Below, one piece after another: positions 1 through 9,940 of a DNA stretch of 64,000 nt. A model generated the notes under the pieces. The model was not told the origin of the DNA. It did not search any database and saw nothing but the letters and a program-made list of their open reading frames with translations. The position numbers were made by a program, and so were the translations under genes. Within the stretch, counting starts at the first letter, position 1. Each line of letters opens with the position of its first letter. The stretch is from Holosporales bacterium (GTDB lineage: Bacteria > Pseudomonadota > Alphaproteobacteria > JAJTHO01), in assembly GCA_046318675.1 (NCBI GenBank), contig JBKCUA010000014.1, forward strand, positions 26,466 to 90,465. The letters run 5' to 3'.

Positions 1-2
1 AG

Positions 3-578
3 TGGCTTTCTAAAACCACGTTCGCCAAAATAGCCGAACCTAAAAACAGCCCGAAAGCCGATATCGTTAATGATGAAATTAATACTCAAAAAAGCACAGA
101 TGTGCCTGTTTCTTTTAAACTAACAGGGGCTGATAGTAATCGTTATCTTCTTGCAGTTGTGGAGCCTGGATGTCACGTTATTAGTCGTATGCAGTTTGAT
201 CCTTATGGGGAATGGGTTGCTAATGGAGGTATTCATAGCATTACTCGAAAGCCCTTGTACGCTGAAATATGTGCGGAACCGAATACAGTAACCTATGTTG
301 GTCATTTTTTAATCGATACTGATAAAACAGGTTACAGAAAATACAAAGGCGTAGAGATTAATTCTGGTCTAGCCGCCTTGACCTACGCCGTTGTTTTGGC
401 GGTTTCACCAAGCTTTACGGATAAAGATGGTCAGATTTTAATAAACGATTCTTTTACTGATGCGCAAGGGTGGTTAAAGGCAACATACCCTGAACTGCGC
501 GCCCCTGTGCGCAAGCGTTTGGCTGAACTTGGTTATTATGCGGGAATTGATGCCGCTGAGGACGATAAAAAGGAATAG
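3..578 (+). CDS. Hypothetical protein, 5'-truncated by the window edge
   Basis: The frame of ORF 102..578 stays open back to base 3 (WLSKTTFAK...). No family recognised. Confidence 0.6.
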   Translation, partial: WLSKTTFAKIAEPKNSPKADIVNDEINTQKSTDVPVSFKLTGADSNRYLLAVVEPGCHVISRMQFDPYGEWVANGGIHSITRKPLYAEICAEPNTVTYVGHFLIDTDKTGYRKYKGVEINSGLAALTYAVVLAVSPSFTDKDGQILINDSFTDAQGWLKATYPELRAPVRKRLAELGYYAGIDAAEDDKKE

Positions 579-1175
579 TCACAGAGCCTCCATCACGGTG
601 ATGGCCTCTTTTAGGTTGCGGGTAAAAAACTGCTCTAACTGCCACCGCCCTAAGATAGGAGGTACCCAGAAAGACGGCTCAACTTCTGCGGTGAAAAATA
701 TGTCGGTGCTGTTGTTTGGCAATGCCGTAAGGTGCCATTGCGCCTCAGCATAGTGAAAGTCACTTAAGGCGGGTATCGTAACCACCTTGATGTGCCCCGC
801 TTCCGGGATGGTAACGCGCTGGGTGTTGACGGCGCGCTGGCAGAAGAACAGGATGCAGTCACGGTTAATCATTTCCACAACAGTGTCTTCTGGGCTGCGT
901 GATAATACCCGGCTGGAGATAACCCCCGCATTAAGACGCCCCAAATGCTCATAATCCGTGAGGGCGGTTTGTACCGTTGCAACGGGGACGTGTACTACGG
1001 CGTGAGCGGTGAGAAAAAAGCGATCGCCCGTTTGGGTGACATCACTTTGCAGTATTTCACCAGCTTGAACCTTAAAAGAAAATAAGGCCGTTAAGAAGCA
1101 TAAGCTCAAGAAGCTTGCTTTTTTGCAAATACATCCTAAGGTAGCATTATTATTTTTAAACACCTTTGGTTGCAC
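579..1175 (-). CDS. SRPBCC / polyketide cyclase-dehydrase-like exported protein (start uncertain)
   Basis: LTDYEHL, CILFFC and EVEPSFWVPPILG motifs, preceded by a hydrophobic signal-like segment ending VQA. Confidence 0.7.
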   Translation of the reverse strand: MQPKVFKNNNATLGCICKKASFLSLCFLTALFSFKVQAGEILQSDVTQTGDRFFLTAHAVVHVPVATVQTALTDYEHLGRLNAGVISSRVLSRSPEDTVVEMINRDCILFFCQRAVNTQRVTIPEAGHIKVVTIPALSDFHYAEAQWHLTALPNNSTDIFFTAEVEPSFWVPPILGRWQLEQFFTRNLKEAITVMEAL

Positions 1176-1179
1176 TCCT

Positions 1180-1353
1180 ATGAACGATATTGATTTCCCA
1201 AAAAATCCACACCGTCACTCTGATAGTATTCGAGATGCGGCATTTAAGGAACATAACGATCTGTCTGGGTTGCCACCCTTTCCGTTCGGGCACGATTTTC
1301 TTGTCGGTTTTGCTGGAATAGTGCTTGGGTTATTGGCGTGTTTGTTGTGGTAA
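1180..1353 (+). CDS. Putative small membrane protein (57 aa, C-terminal TM helix)
   Basis: MNDIDFP...FLVGFAGIVLGLLACLLW. It overlaps the non-conserved-looking tail of lipB on the opposite strand. Confidence 0.4.
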   Translation: MNDIDFPKNPHRHSDSIRDAAFKEHNDLSGLPPFPFGHDFLVGFAGIVLGLLACLLW

Positions 1354-1991
1354 TTTAGCGCGGGCAGGAATTCTTTTTGCATGACCTGCATCACTTCTGG
1401 CAGCGAGGCATTCACACCCTCATGAGCTAATGAGGTGACCCCGTACTGACGCAAACCGCAAGGAACAATACCCTGAAAGTGTTCAAGGTTCGGGGCAACA
1501 TTCAATGAGACCCCGTGCATACTTACCCAGCGGCGCAAGCGTACACCGACCGCGCCGATTTTTTTCTCATCCCCTGCTTGGTTCGTTAGCCATACACCCA
1601 CCCTGCCGCAATGACGCTCGCCTAGGATGCCATAATGGGCACAGGTACGGATGAGCCATTCTTCAAGCCCTGTAACAAACCAGCGTACATCCTTGTGCCA
1701 CTGTGCTAATGGTAGCATGACATAGCCCACAACTTGACCCGGGCCGTGGTAAGTATACTGACCACCTCGACCCGTGTTAGAGTAAACAGGAATCCCTTGC
1801 GGAGAGAGCAAATCATCGGGCTTTGCTGAAGTACCGCCAGTATATAATGGTGGGTGCTGTAAGAGCCAGACACAAGGGCGCGCTTCCCCTGCGGCGATGG
1901 TATTGGCTCGCTCCTCCATGAAAGCCAAGGCATCGGGGTAAGCTATTAAGGTTGTATCAATGCGCCACTCGATGGAGGTAGAATCAGTCAT
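1215..1991 (-). CDS. lipB: Octanoyltransferase LipB
   Basis: LQHPPLYTGG, GRGGQYTYHGPGQ, KIGAVG, HGVSLN and GIVPCG motifs. Confidence 0.95.
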   Translation of the reverse strand: MTDSTSIEWRIDTTLIAYPDALAFMEERANTIAAGEARPCVWLLQHPPLYTGGTSAKPDDLLSPQGIPVYSNTGRGGQYTYHGPGQVVGYVMLPLAQWHKDVRWFVTGLEEWLIRTCAHYGILGERHCGRVGVWLTNQAGDEKKIGAVGVRLRRWVSMHGVSLNVAPNLEHFQGIVPCGLRQYGVTSLAHEGVNASLPEVMQVMQKEFLPALNYHNKHANNPSTIPAKPTRKSCPNGKGGNPDRSLCSLNAASRILSE

Positions 1992-2001
1992 GATTACTCA
2001 T

Positions 2002-2040
2002 AAAAAAAAGAGCTGCTGCCTTAGAAAAAGCAACAGCCCC
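2002..2040 (-). terminator. Rho-independent terminator of cspA
   Basis: Minus strand reads GGGGCTGTTGC-loop-GGCAGCAGCTC followed by a T run, about 20 nt after the cspA stop. Confidence 0.8.
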
Positions 2041-2059
2041 TTGTATGATTAAAGCATAA

Positions 2060-2266
2060 TTAGCCAATAACTTTAAGATTACCCGCTGACGTTTTGCCTT
2101 TGCTGCTTACTAATTCGTAGCTGACTTTTTGACCCTCATTCAAGGTTGCGAGGCCAGCGCGCTCAACAGCACTAACGTGAACGAACACGTCCGCGCCGCC
2201 TTGATCAGGCTGAACAAAACCATAACCTTTGGTGGGGTTAAACCATTTAACAGTACCGGTAGCCAT
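2060..2266 (-). CDS. cspA: Cold-shock protein
   Basis: [17 protein letters not shown] and DVFVHVSA (RNP1/RNP2). An AGGAG RBS lies before ATG 2266. Confidence 0.97.
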   Translation of the reverse strand: MATGTVKWFNPTKGYGFVQPDQGGADVFVHVSAVERAGLATLNEGQKVSYELVSSKGKTSAGNLKVIG

Positions 2267-2472
2267 CTGTATTCTCCTTGTGGCAATGAACAATTCCGCC
2301 TTTTTAAAAAAGAAAAGACGGGAGCCTGATGCCCGCTAAAAGCGGAAGTCAACCCTTTGGTTCAGCGCCATCGGAATCAACTTCGGGAGAACCATCAGAT
2401 ACCTGACGGGGGTACTACCACTAGAAACTGAAGAGATATTGCCTGCAAAGAGTCCATCAAAACTCATGCTGG

Positions 2473-2500
2473 ACTATAAGAAAATATTCCTGTTTGTCAA
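2473..2500 (-). promoter_or_regulatory. Sigma70-type promoter of cspA, implying a ~200-nt 5' UTR
   Basis: TTGACA (2500-2495), 16-bp spacer, TATAGT (2478-2473). Long 5' UTRs are typical of cspA. Confidence 0.65.
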
Positions 2501-2604
2501 CGGCTTTTTAAGAAGGAAGGTTTTCATGTAACACACTTTCTCAATCTTTACCAATTAGACATATTGAGCTAGTGTATTGTTCAGGGAGCCACGAAAAAAA
2601 GCAA

Positions 2605-4806
2605 ATGACTAATTCCCACCTTCCCCCCGGTGTTGTTGAGCATCCCTACCACTCGGATCAGGCGCGGGCGGATGACGCGGCCTTGCGAGCACAGCGACCT
2701 GTTGATACCGGGGTGGCGTGCTTGGCGTTGATGGCCAAATTTCTTGGCGTGACAGCGGATGTGGATAATATGCGCCATGTATCGGGTTTTGGGTCTGAAT
2801 TTCTTAATATTACTGGGATTTTGCGCCTTGCAAAAGAGTTAAGTTTAAAGGCCCGTTATGTACAAACAAAATGGGAACGCCTGCCTAATTTAGAGTTGCC
2901 GGCCATTGCCCGTCTTACCAATGGCGATTTTATTATTTTGGCCAAAACCGCGCCGGATAAGGTTCTCATCCACGATGCCCGTAAGCTTCAGCCTGAGGTT
3001 ATCAGTAAGGAACAACTGCTTAATATATGGGATGGTAAACTTATCTTGCTCACTAGCCGCGCCAAAATAGCCGGGGAAGCGCGCAAATTTGATTTCACAT
3101 GGTTTATTCCAGTTATTTACCGGTACCGAAAACTGCTTTCGGAGGTATTAATTATCTCCTTTTTTCTTCAGCTTTTTGGCCTTGTTTCTCCATTGTTTTT
3201 CCAGGTTGTCATTGACAAGGTACTGGTACATCACAGCATGACCACCCTTAATGTTCTGGTAATAGGCCTGGTGGCTATTTCCATTTTTGAAGTTATTCTC
3301 ACCGGGCTGCGAACTTATGTCTTCAGCCATACGACCAGTCGCATCGATGTTGAGCTGGGCGCGCGCTTGTTCAAACACCTAACAAACCTGCCACTACGCT
3401 ATTTTGCTGTCCGCAAGATTGGTCAGACCGTCGCCCGGGTGCGGGAGCTTGAAAATATCCGCAGCTTTATCACCGGCAACGCCATTACTGTCTTCCTCGA
3501 TTTTATCTTTACCATTGTGTTTTTTGCGGTGATGTTTTTGTATAGCCCGTTACTTACCCTCATCGCGTTTCTAACGATACCGATTTATATCCTTATTTCC
3601 TTGTTATTTACCCCGGTGTTGCGTCAGCGTCTGGACGAAAAATTCTATCGCAGCGCCGAAAACCAATCGTTTCTTGTCGAGACGGTTTCCGGGGTTGAAA
3701 CCACCAAGGCCATGGCTATTGAACCCCAAGCTTGCCGCCGCTGGGAAGAACAGCTGGCCGGGTACGTCAGTGCCGGGTTTCGCGCCAATATGGTGGGCAA
3801 TTGGGGTCAACAGCTCATCGGCCTTGTGAACAAACTTTCTACAGCCCTACTGCTCTGGGTAGGGGCGCGACTAGTCATTGAGAACGAGATTTCCGTGGGG
3901 CAATTGGTGGCATTCAATATGCTGCAAGGCCGAACGTCCGGCCCTATCCTGCGCCTCGCGCAGTTGTGGCAGGATTTTCAGCAGGTTCGTATTTCCATCG
4001 AACGCCTTGGTGATGTTCTCAACGCCCCGGCGGAACCCACCGCCGCCGCCAGCGCCGTCCGCCTGCCGACCATTCAAGGGCGGGTAACTTTTGAACGGGT
4101 GGTATTTCGCTATTCCCACGATGGTCCCGAAGTCCTCAAGAATGTCAGCCTTGACGTGGCTCCCGGCCAGACCATCGGTATTGTTGGCCCTTCGGGATCG
4201 GGCAAAAGTACTTTCACCAAGCTGGTGCAACGGATGTACGTCCCCGAATCCGGCCGCGTGATGGTGGATGGGGTGGATTTGGCCATGGTCGATCCTGCGT
4301 GGCTACGCCGTCAAGTAGGGGTAGTCTTACAAGAAAATTTCCTATTCAGCCGCACAGTTCGGGAAAACATCGCCCTTACCGATCCGGCTATGGATGTTGA
4401 GCGAGTTATAAACGCCGCCCGCCTTGTTGGGGCACATGATTTTATTCTGGAACTTCCCCAGGGCTATGATACCGTGCTTGATGAGCGCGGCGGCAACCTT
4501 TCTGGTGGCCAGCGCCAGCGCATTGCTATGGCACGCGCACTAGTCAACAACCCCAGCATTCTGATTTTTGATGAAGCTACATCGGCTCTGGATTACGAAT
4601 CGGAACGGATTATTCAAGACAACATGAAGCATATCTGTCAAGGGCGAACTGTGTTCATCATCGCCCACCGTCTCTCTACCGTACGTGATGCCCACCGCAT
4701 TGTTACCATTGAAAAAGGTGTTATTGTTGAAGACGGTACCCATGACGAGCTACTCCGTAAAGGTGGTCGTTACGCCAAGCTCTACAAATCGCAGCTTCGG
4801 GAATAA
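2605..4806 (+). CDS. hlyB: Type I secretion ABC transporter, HlyB family, with a C39-like (inactive) N-terminal domain
   Basis: KFDFTWF, TM domain, Walker A GPSGSGKS, LSGGQRQR, ILIFDEATSALD. DTGVACL has Thr where the catalytic Cys of C39 peptidases sits. Confidence 0.92.
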   Translation: MTNSHLPPGVVEHPYHSDQARADDAALRAQRPVDTGVACLALMAKFLGVTADVDNMRHVSGFGSEFLNITGILRLAKELSLKARYVQTKWERLPNLELPAIARLTNGDFIILAKTAPDKVLIHDARKLQPEVISKEQLLNIWDGKLILLTSRAKIAGEARKFDFTWFIPVIYRYRKLLSEVLIISFFLQLFGLVSPLFFQVVIDKVLVHHSMTTLNVLVIGLVAISIFEVILTGLRTYVFSHTTSRIDVELGARLFKHLTNLPLRYFAVRKIGQTVARVRELENIRSFITGNAITVFLDFIFTIVFFAVMFLYSPLLTLIAFLTIPIYILISLLFTPVLRQRLDEKFYRSAENQSFLVETVSGVETTKAMAIEPQACRRWEEQLAGYVSAGFRANMVGNWGQQLIGLVNKLSTALLLWVGARLVIENEISVGQLVAFNMLQGRTSGPILRLAQLWQDFQQVRISIERLGDVLNAPAEPTAAASAVRLPTIQGRVTFERVVFRYSHDGPEVLKNVSLDVAPGQTIGIVGPSGSGKSTFTKLVQRMYVPESGRVMVDGVDLAMVDPAWLRRQVGVVLQENFLFSRTVRENIALTDPAMDVERVINAARLVGAHDFILELPQGYDTVLDERGGNLSGGQRQRIAMARALVNNPSILIFDEATSALDYESERIIQDNMKHICQGRTVFIIAHRLSTVRDAHRIVTIEKGVIVEDGTHDELLRKGGRYAKLYKSQLRE

Positions 4807-4811
4807 CGCGC

Positions 4812-6254
4812 ATGGGTATGCTCACGCTCTTTAAGGAAAAAGCCGCCGATTCGGTGTTTCTCATGCGCTTGGTTAAAGCGAAAGAAGTATGGAAACACTC
4901 GGTGCAAGAAGAGGCTGAAAAGCCCCACCTGAAACGATCCCGCCATGAATTGGAATTCCTTCCCGCCGCGCTGGAGGTCATGGAAACCCCGCCATCGCCT
5001 ACGGCGCGGCTTACGGCATGGCTTATTCTGGCTTTATTTACCGTTGCTTTAGTATGGTCTATCTTGGGCTTTACCGATGTGGTGGTCACAGGGCAGGGGC
5101 AAATCATTGCCTTTGGCAATACCCGCATCATTCAAAGTTTAGAAGTCGCCAAAATTAGTAAAATTAACGTCCGTGAGGGGCAATCCATCAAAGTCGGCGA
5201 CATTCTTGTTGAACTTGATCCAACAGAAACTCAAGCAGAAACGCAAAAAGTTGGTGAAGCCTTGATGCAGGCGGCCTTGGACGTGACCCGCCTACGCGCT
5301 CTAGCGGATAACCCCAACAATCCCGAAGCTGCCTTTGTTCCCCCCACAAACGCACCGCCAGCATTAGTTATTAACCAAAAACAACTGTTGAAGGCTACCA
5401 TTCAAGAACATCGTTCGCGCCTGTCTTCTTTTGATGCGAGCATTCGCACCAACGAGGCTCAGCAACAAACTATCCAGGCGGAAATTAAAAAGTTAGAACA
5501 AACCATTCCGTTGATTCGAGAACGCGCCGATGGTCTTTCGTCGCTTGCATCCCGGGGTCTTGCACCGCGAACCCAAGCCTTACAGGTGCAACAAGAACTT
5601 GTTAATGCCAAACAGGATTTGAGTGCCAATCGTTCGCGCCTTAATGAGGTTGCCGCCACCATCACCAACGCTAGGCAACAACGCGAACAGGCCGTCAGCG
5701 AATATCTAAAGACGCGCCTCAATGAACTCTCTGAAGCCCAGCAGCGGTTTAACAATCTTCGCCAGGAACTCATCAAGGCCAAGGATCGTTCCGGCAAGCG
5801 TACCATTACTGCACCGGAAGACGGCACGGTGCAAAATCTGAAAATCAATACTGTAGGTGGCGTCGTTCAACCCGCTGAAGAAATCATGCGTATTGTCCCC
5901 AGCGGCGGCGGGTTAGAGGCTCTCGTGCGCGTACTGAACAAGGATCGTGGCGGTATCGAGGCAGGTATGCCGGTACAGGTAAAAGTGGATGCTTACTCCT
6001 TCACTAAATACGGCGTTATTAATGGTCAAGTAAGGGAGATTTCCAGTGATGCGGTGCTGGATGAGAAACTCGGCCCACTGTTTCAGGTGTGGGTCACACT
6101 GGAACCCGATAGCCCCCTGTTTAACGATAAAAGCCTCCGCATCACCCCCGGCATGACCGTGGTCGCCGAAGTCAAAACCGATAAACGGCGTATTATCAAT
6201 TATATCCTCTCGCCCATTGAACGTGGGTTAAAAGAAGCGGCAAGAGAGCGATAG
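4812..6254 (+). CDS. hlyD: Type I secretion membrane fusion protein, HlyD family
   Basis: EFLPAALEVMETPPSP, one TM helix, long coiled coil, terminal YILSPI...EAARER. Directly follows hlyB. Confidence 0.93.
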   Translation: MGMLTLFKEKAADSVFLMRLVKAKEVWKHSVQEEAEKPHLKRSRHELEFLPAALEVMETPPSPTARLTAWLILALFTVALVWSILGFTDVVVTGQGQIIAFGNTRIIQSLEVAKISKINVREGQSIKVGDILVELDPTETQAETQKVGEALMQAALDVTRLRALADNPNNPEAAFVPPTNAPPALVINQKQLLKATIQEHRSRLSSFDASIRTNEAQQQTIQAEIKKLEQTIPLIRERADGLSSLASRGLAPRTQALQVQQELVNAKQDLSANRSRLNEVAATITNARQQREQAVSEYLKTRLNELSEAQQRFNNLRQELIKAKDRSGKRTITAPEDGTVQNLKINTVGGVVQPAEEIMRIVPSGGGLEALVRVLNKDRGGIEAGMPVQVKVDAYSFTKYGVINGQVREISSDAVLDEKLGPLFQVWVTLEPDSPLFNDKSLRITPGMTVVAEVKTDKRRIINYILSPIERGLKEAARER

Positions 6255-6260
6255 AAAATT

Positions 6261-6501
6261 ACACCGCTTTGCGTTCAATATGTAGGCATTATCTACGCAA
6301 AGCGGCAAGCCCGCGCGGCGTTGGAGCGAATCATTGTGCAATTACTTATAGCGCGTTGCGCAATTAACAGTAGACTTTAAAAATTCTTCAGCGCGCTATA
6401 AGTTATTTTTTGTTCGTCCATTCGGACGCGGCACTTTGTGCCGTGCGCTGGTTGCAGGTATACTTTTAATTATGAAACCAGCTATAATTGCAAAATGGTA
6501 T
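6261..6501 (-). mobile_element. MITE-like repeat family B, copy 1 (103 bp), interrupted by a family-A element
   Basis: Reverse complement of 51124-51226. Length 241 = 103 + 136 + 2. Confidence 0.85.
6349..6484 (+). mobile_element. MITE-like repeat family A, copy 1 (136 bp, TA-flanked)
   Basis: Imperfect terminal inverted repeats TAGCGCGTTGCGCAATTA...TAATTATGAAACCAGCTA. Closely similar to 14687-14822 and 26429-26564. Confidence 0.9.
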
Positions 6502-7403
6502 TACTGAGCCGCAAGCAACGCCTGCAACTCCCCCCATTCGCGTTTACCAAGGCCGCTGGCTTCCTGCGTGACTTTTTCCCCGGCTAACAATCGCTTGATA
6601 ACCGCCCATCCCGTCGCCGACAGCTGTACCGCGCCAAGACGATACTCTTTAAATGCTCCAAATGCCAATGGCACCCAGCGTTCCAATAAGCGCAATAAGA
6701 CCTCGGCATAAACCCGAATTTCATATTGAGCATGATGATCCGCGCGCAGGCGTACAAAATGGAATAAGTTATGTAAATCAATCTTCCAATACCACTGGGT
6801 GTAAAAGTTAAGGCTCAAGTTCATTCGCGCCAACTCCCGCGCAATGGCGTCGTCACCGCTGAGTAATCCCTCATAATGTTCATAAACACGTTCGGCATCA
6901 CTTTTGAGTAGCTCTAACACTCGTGCAGCTTGGGCAGGGGAAAGAGGGTTTCCTCGTCCCTGATTATTAATGCTGGACTGGGCGGCAAGATGTTCTGGTT
7001 GCGGCAGATAGAATTCCTTGTCCAGCATCGAATAACGGGCAGAATATTCATTCACATTAGCGGTACGATGGCGAATCCATTGCCGCGCAACAAAAATGGG
7101 TAACTTAATGTGGAACTTTATCTCACACATCTCAAACGGCGTGGTGTGCCAATGGCGCATGAGGTATTGAATAAGACCCGCATCATTGGATGCCTGCTTA
7201 GTACCCTTGCCATACGATACCCGCGCTGCTTGAACAATAGCCGAATCATCGCCCATATAATCAATAACACGAATAAAACCATGATCCAGCACGGGATGAG
7301 GAAGGTATAAAACCTCCTCAAGAGCCGGAACCGTGGCGCGGCGGGTGGGGGTTGTCTGGGCTCGAAGTTCGGCCAATTCAGGAGAGAGTGTGGGTGTGGT
7401 CAT
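6501..7403 (-). CDS. thyX: FAD-dependent thymidylate synthase
   Basis: [31 protein letters not shown] and HAQYEIR motifs. Confidence 0.97.
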   Translation of the reverse strand: MTTPTLSPELAELRAQTTPTRRATVPALEEVLYLPHPVLDHGFIRVIDYMGDDSAIVQAARVSYGKGTKQASNDAGLIQYLMRHWHTTPFEMCEIKFHIKLPIFVARQWIRHRTANVNEYSARYSMLDKEFYLPQPEHLAAQSSINNQGRGNPLSPAQAARVLELLKSDAERVYEHYEGLLSGDDAIARELARMNLSLNFYTQWYWKIDLHNLFHFVRLRADHHAQYEIRVYAEVLLRLLERWVPLAFGAFKEYRLGAVQLSATGWAVIKRLLAGEKVTQEASGLGKREWGELQALLAAQ

Positions 7404-7474
7404 TTTGCTACTTGCGTTGTGTGGGGCAAGCTGTAGCATCCCTTCGCGTTCATTGCAAAGCGAAGGAGAACTAC

Positions 7475-8290
7475 GTGCGTCACGCCTTATTTTTATTACC
7501 TTTCCTGCTTGTTCCTTTCACCGCTCAGGCACAAACCGTTGCCACGGTGGATGGTGTGGCCATCACCAAACAACAGATTATTGATCGATTGCGCAACGTA
7601 CCGCCTCAGGCCATTGCTGGACAAACCCCTGATCAGGTTCGTCAACTTGTTCTTGATGGTATAGTACGGGAAACCTTGATTGACAAGGCGGCAGAGGCTT
7701 CAAAAATCGCCGCTACTGATGACTTTAAAAAACGTATGGAAACTTTCCGCGTAAATACCTTGCGTGAACTCTACCTGCGTAGCCGTATCGAAAAAGACGT
7801 GACTGATGAAAAGCTGAAAAAATTGTACGATGAGTTTGTCAAGTCCAATAAGGATGAGCGCGAAGTTCGCGCCAGCCATATTCTTCTGCCCAGTGAAGAG
7901 GCCGCCAAACAAGTTATACGAGACTTAGATAAGGGTGCCGATTTTGCTAAAATTGCTAATGAAAAGAGCAGCGATCCTGGAACAAAAGCCGGTGGCGGTG
8001 ACCTAGGCTATTTTCGCAAAGGGATGATGGTGCCGGAGTTTTCCGAGGCGGCTTTCGGCATGAAAGCCGGGGAATACAACAAGACCCCAGTGAAAAGCCG
8101 TTTTGGCTGGCACGTTATCAAGGTTGTTGATAATCGTCCGGCGCAAGTTTTATCTTTTGATGCTGTAAAACCGCGTCTCGAACAAGAAGCCATCGGTCAG
8201 CTAGTTGAAAAACAGGTGGATGAACTACGCAATAAGGCACAGATTGATATTAACTCAAAAGAATTGTCGTCAGTACCAGTTACCAAATAA
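7475..8290 (+). CDS. Parvulin-type peptidyl-prolyl isomerase (PrsA/PpiC-like), exported
   Basis: GTG start after AAGGAG, signal peptide ending AQA, then VRASHIL, GGDLGYF, MVPEF and FGWHVIK. Confidence 0.92.
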   Translation: MRHALFLLPFLLVPFTAQAQTVATVDGVAITKQQIIDRLRNVPPQAIAGQTPDQVRQLVLDGIVRETLIDKAAEASKIAATDDFKKRMETFRVNTLRELYLRSRIEKDVTDEKLKKLYDEFVKSNKDEREVRASHILLPSEEAAKQVIRDLDKGADFAKIANEKSSDPGTKAGGGDLGYFRKGMMVPEFSEAAFGMKAGEYNKTPVKSRFGWHVIKVVDNRPAQVLSFDAVKPRLEQEAIGQLVEKQVDELRNKAQIDINSKELSSVPVTK

Positions 8291-8312
8291 ATACATATTG
8301 TTTAACACGATA

Positions 8313-8340
8313 CGTCCCCCCTCATGATTTGAGGGGGGCG
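8313..8340 (+). terminator. GC-rich hairpin after the PPIase gene, possible terminator
   Basis: CGTCCCCCCTCA-loop-TGAGGGGGGCG with only a weak U tail. Confidence 0.4.
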
Positions 8341-8493
8341 CTTTCCATGGGGCGCGGCCTTTGAACAAAGCATTAAGGTGCGATGATGGTTCTATTCTGA
8401 ACAACCCAGTTACTGTACAAAATCAACTTTACCCACCCGTTTTGCATAAAAACCTTTTTTCACTATTTCTTAATAGTATCTTGTTAGCCAAAA

Positions 8494-9879
8494 TTGGTGA
8501 AAGACACACATAAAATACTGCACCCACTATCTATATCACGCATGGGTCTTATCTTGGTGCTTGGCGTTTTTTTGTCGAGTCTTTTTCACTTTATTCACAT
8601 CTTTAACGATTCAAAGCCAATGTTTTTATGGTATTTTTTTACTAGCTCTGCGTTATTATTGGTAATACTCACTGCTGCAATATCATTAACCTTAAGATTG
8701 CGGCGACAAGCCAATGCTAATAAAGAACTTTTGACAAGATATGAAGATTTAAAACGTAAAGATGAACAACAGCATTTATTTTTGGGAAAAATAAGTCACG
8801 AATTGTTAACCCCTATTCATGCTATTTGCAATTTTGCCGATTTATTGGCTCAGCAGGATTTAAACACCAAAAGTGCTAAAATATTAAAAAATATGCAAGT
8901 AGCCGCAGAAACAGTGCAACACATCATGCGTGATTTTCTTGATATGGTCAAACTTCACAATGGTGTGGTGCATATTGAACAGATGGATTTTGAGGTTGGT
9001 GCATGGTTTGATGAAACCTGCGCTATGCTAAGCCCAAAGGCAGCAATAAAAAATCTTGCCTATCAAGTGCGTAATACTGCCCCAAATCCTAAATATGTTA
9101 CCGGCGATCCATGGCGATTGCGTCAAGTGTTGTTGAATCTCATCAGTAACGCTATTAAATATACTGACGAAGGTTTTGTGTTTGTACACATGGACGTTAC
9201 CTCTCAGGGCACTATTACCTTGCATATTTCAGATAGTGGTCGAGGCATTGATCCCGAACAACAAAAACGCTTATTCAGGCCTTTTGCAAATTTTGCCATC
9301 GGTGCCGAAGTCATGGACAGCAGCGGTCTTGGCCTAGCTATTACGCAACAATTTGTGCACTTGCTCAAAGGGAACATTAGCGTGGAATCAACCCCAGGTA
9401 CAGGGAGCACATTTACGGTCGAAGTCCCATTTATTGCTAAAAAAGAGCTTCCGACGGCTTTACCCCCCCCGGCAAGTGGTCATGCTTTCCACGCGGTACG
9501 CCTGCTCTATGCTGATGATCAGCAAATTAACCAAGAAATCCTTGCGGCTATGGCAGGCTCCATGTCCGTAGAACTCGATAATGTCGCCGATGGTGCTGCG
9601 GCAATTTCTTGCGCCAAGAATAACCGTTATGATTTGATTATACTTGATTTAAATATGCCAATGTTGGACGGTTTTGCTACGGCACAAATATTGCGCGCCC
9701 AATCTGGGTATAATCAGAAAACGCCCCTTATCGCTTTGACCGGGGCACCGTCACCGGAAACCCATCATAAGGCTCGCCAATCTGGATTTGATATTGTTTT
9801 AGAAAAACCATTTCGCCGTGGAGCGTTACTAGAATTACTACAAAAACATACCCATGGTTCAACATCCACAGCGGCATAG
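8494..9879 (+). CDS. Hybrid sensor histidine kinase / receiver
   Basis: Two TM helices, H-box SHELLTP, NLISNAIKYT, DSGRGI, GLGLAI, and a C-terminal receiver (LILDLNMP...KP). Confidence 0.92.
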   Translation: MVKDTHKILHPLSISRMGLILVLGVFLSSLFHFIHIFNDSKPMFLWYFFTSSALLLVILTAAISLTLRLRRQANANKELLTRYEDLKRKDEQQHLFLGKISHELLTPIHAICNFADLLAQQDLNTKSAKILKNMQVAAETVQHIMRDFLDMVKLHNGVVHIEQMDFEVGAWFDETCAMLSPKAAIKNLAYQVRNTAPNPKYVTGDPWRLRQVLLNLISNAIKYTDEGFVFVHMDVTSQGTITLHISDSGRGIDPEQQKRLFRPFANFAIGAEVMDSSGLGLAITQQFVHLLKGNISVESTPGTGSTFTVEVPFIAKKELPTALPPPASGHAFHAVRLLYADDQQINQEILAAMAGSMSVELDNVADGAAAISCAKNNRYDLIILDLNMPMLDGFATAQILRAQSGYNQKTPLIALTGAPSPETHHKARQSGFDIVLEKPFRRGALLELLQKHTHGSTSTAA

Positions 9880-9940
9880 AATAAATTTTAATTGCAGTTA
9901 AAATTCTTCTTGTAAATTTTGTTTTTTGCTTTCACAGTAA

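Noticed and set aside
2605-3060. Active C39 peptidase / bacteriocin exporter
   Set aside because: The catalytic Cys and His positions are replaced, and no double-glycine precursor is nearby.
6261-6501. Repeats as a CRISPR array
   Set aside because: The copies are dispersed, 100-200 bp long, with no repeat-spacer periodicity and no cas genes.
7352-7474. Overlapping N-terminal extensions of the PPIase and thyX ORFs
   Set aside because: Better starts at 7475 (GTG with RBS) and 7403 remove the overlap.
9463-9470. C8 tract in the hybrid kinase as a phase-variation site
   Set aside because: Short, in frame, and encodes a normal Pro linker.
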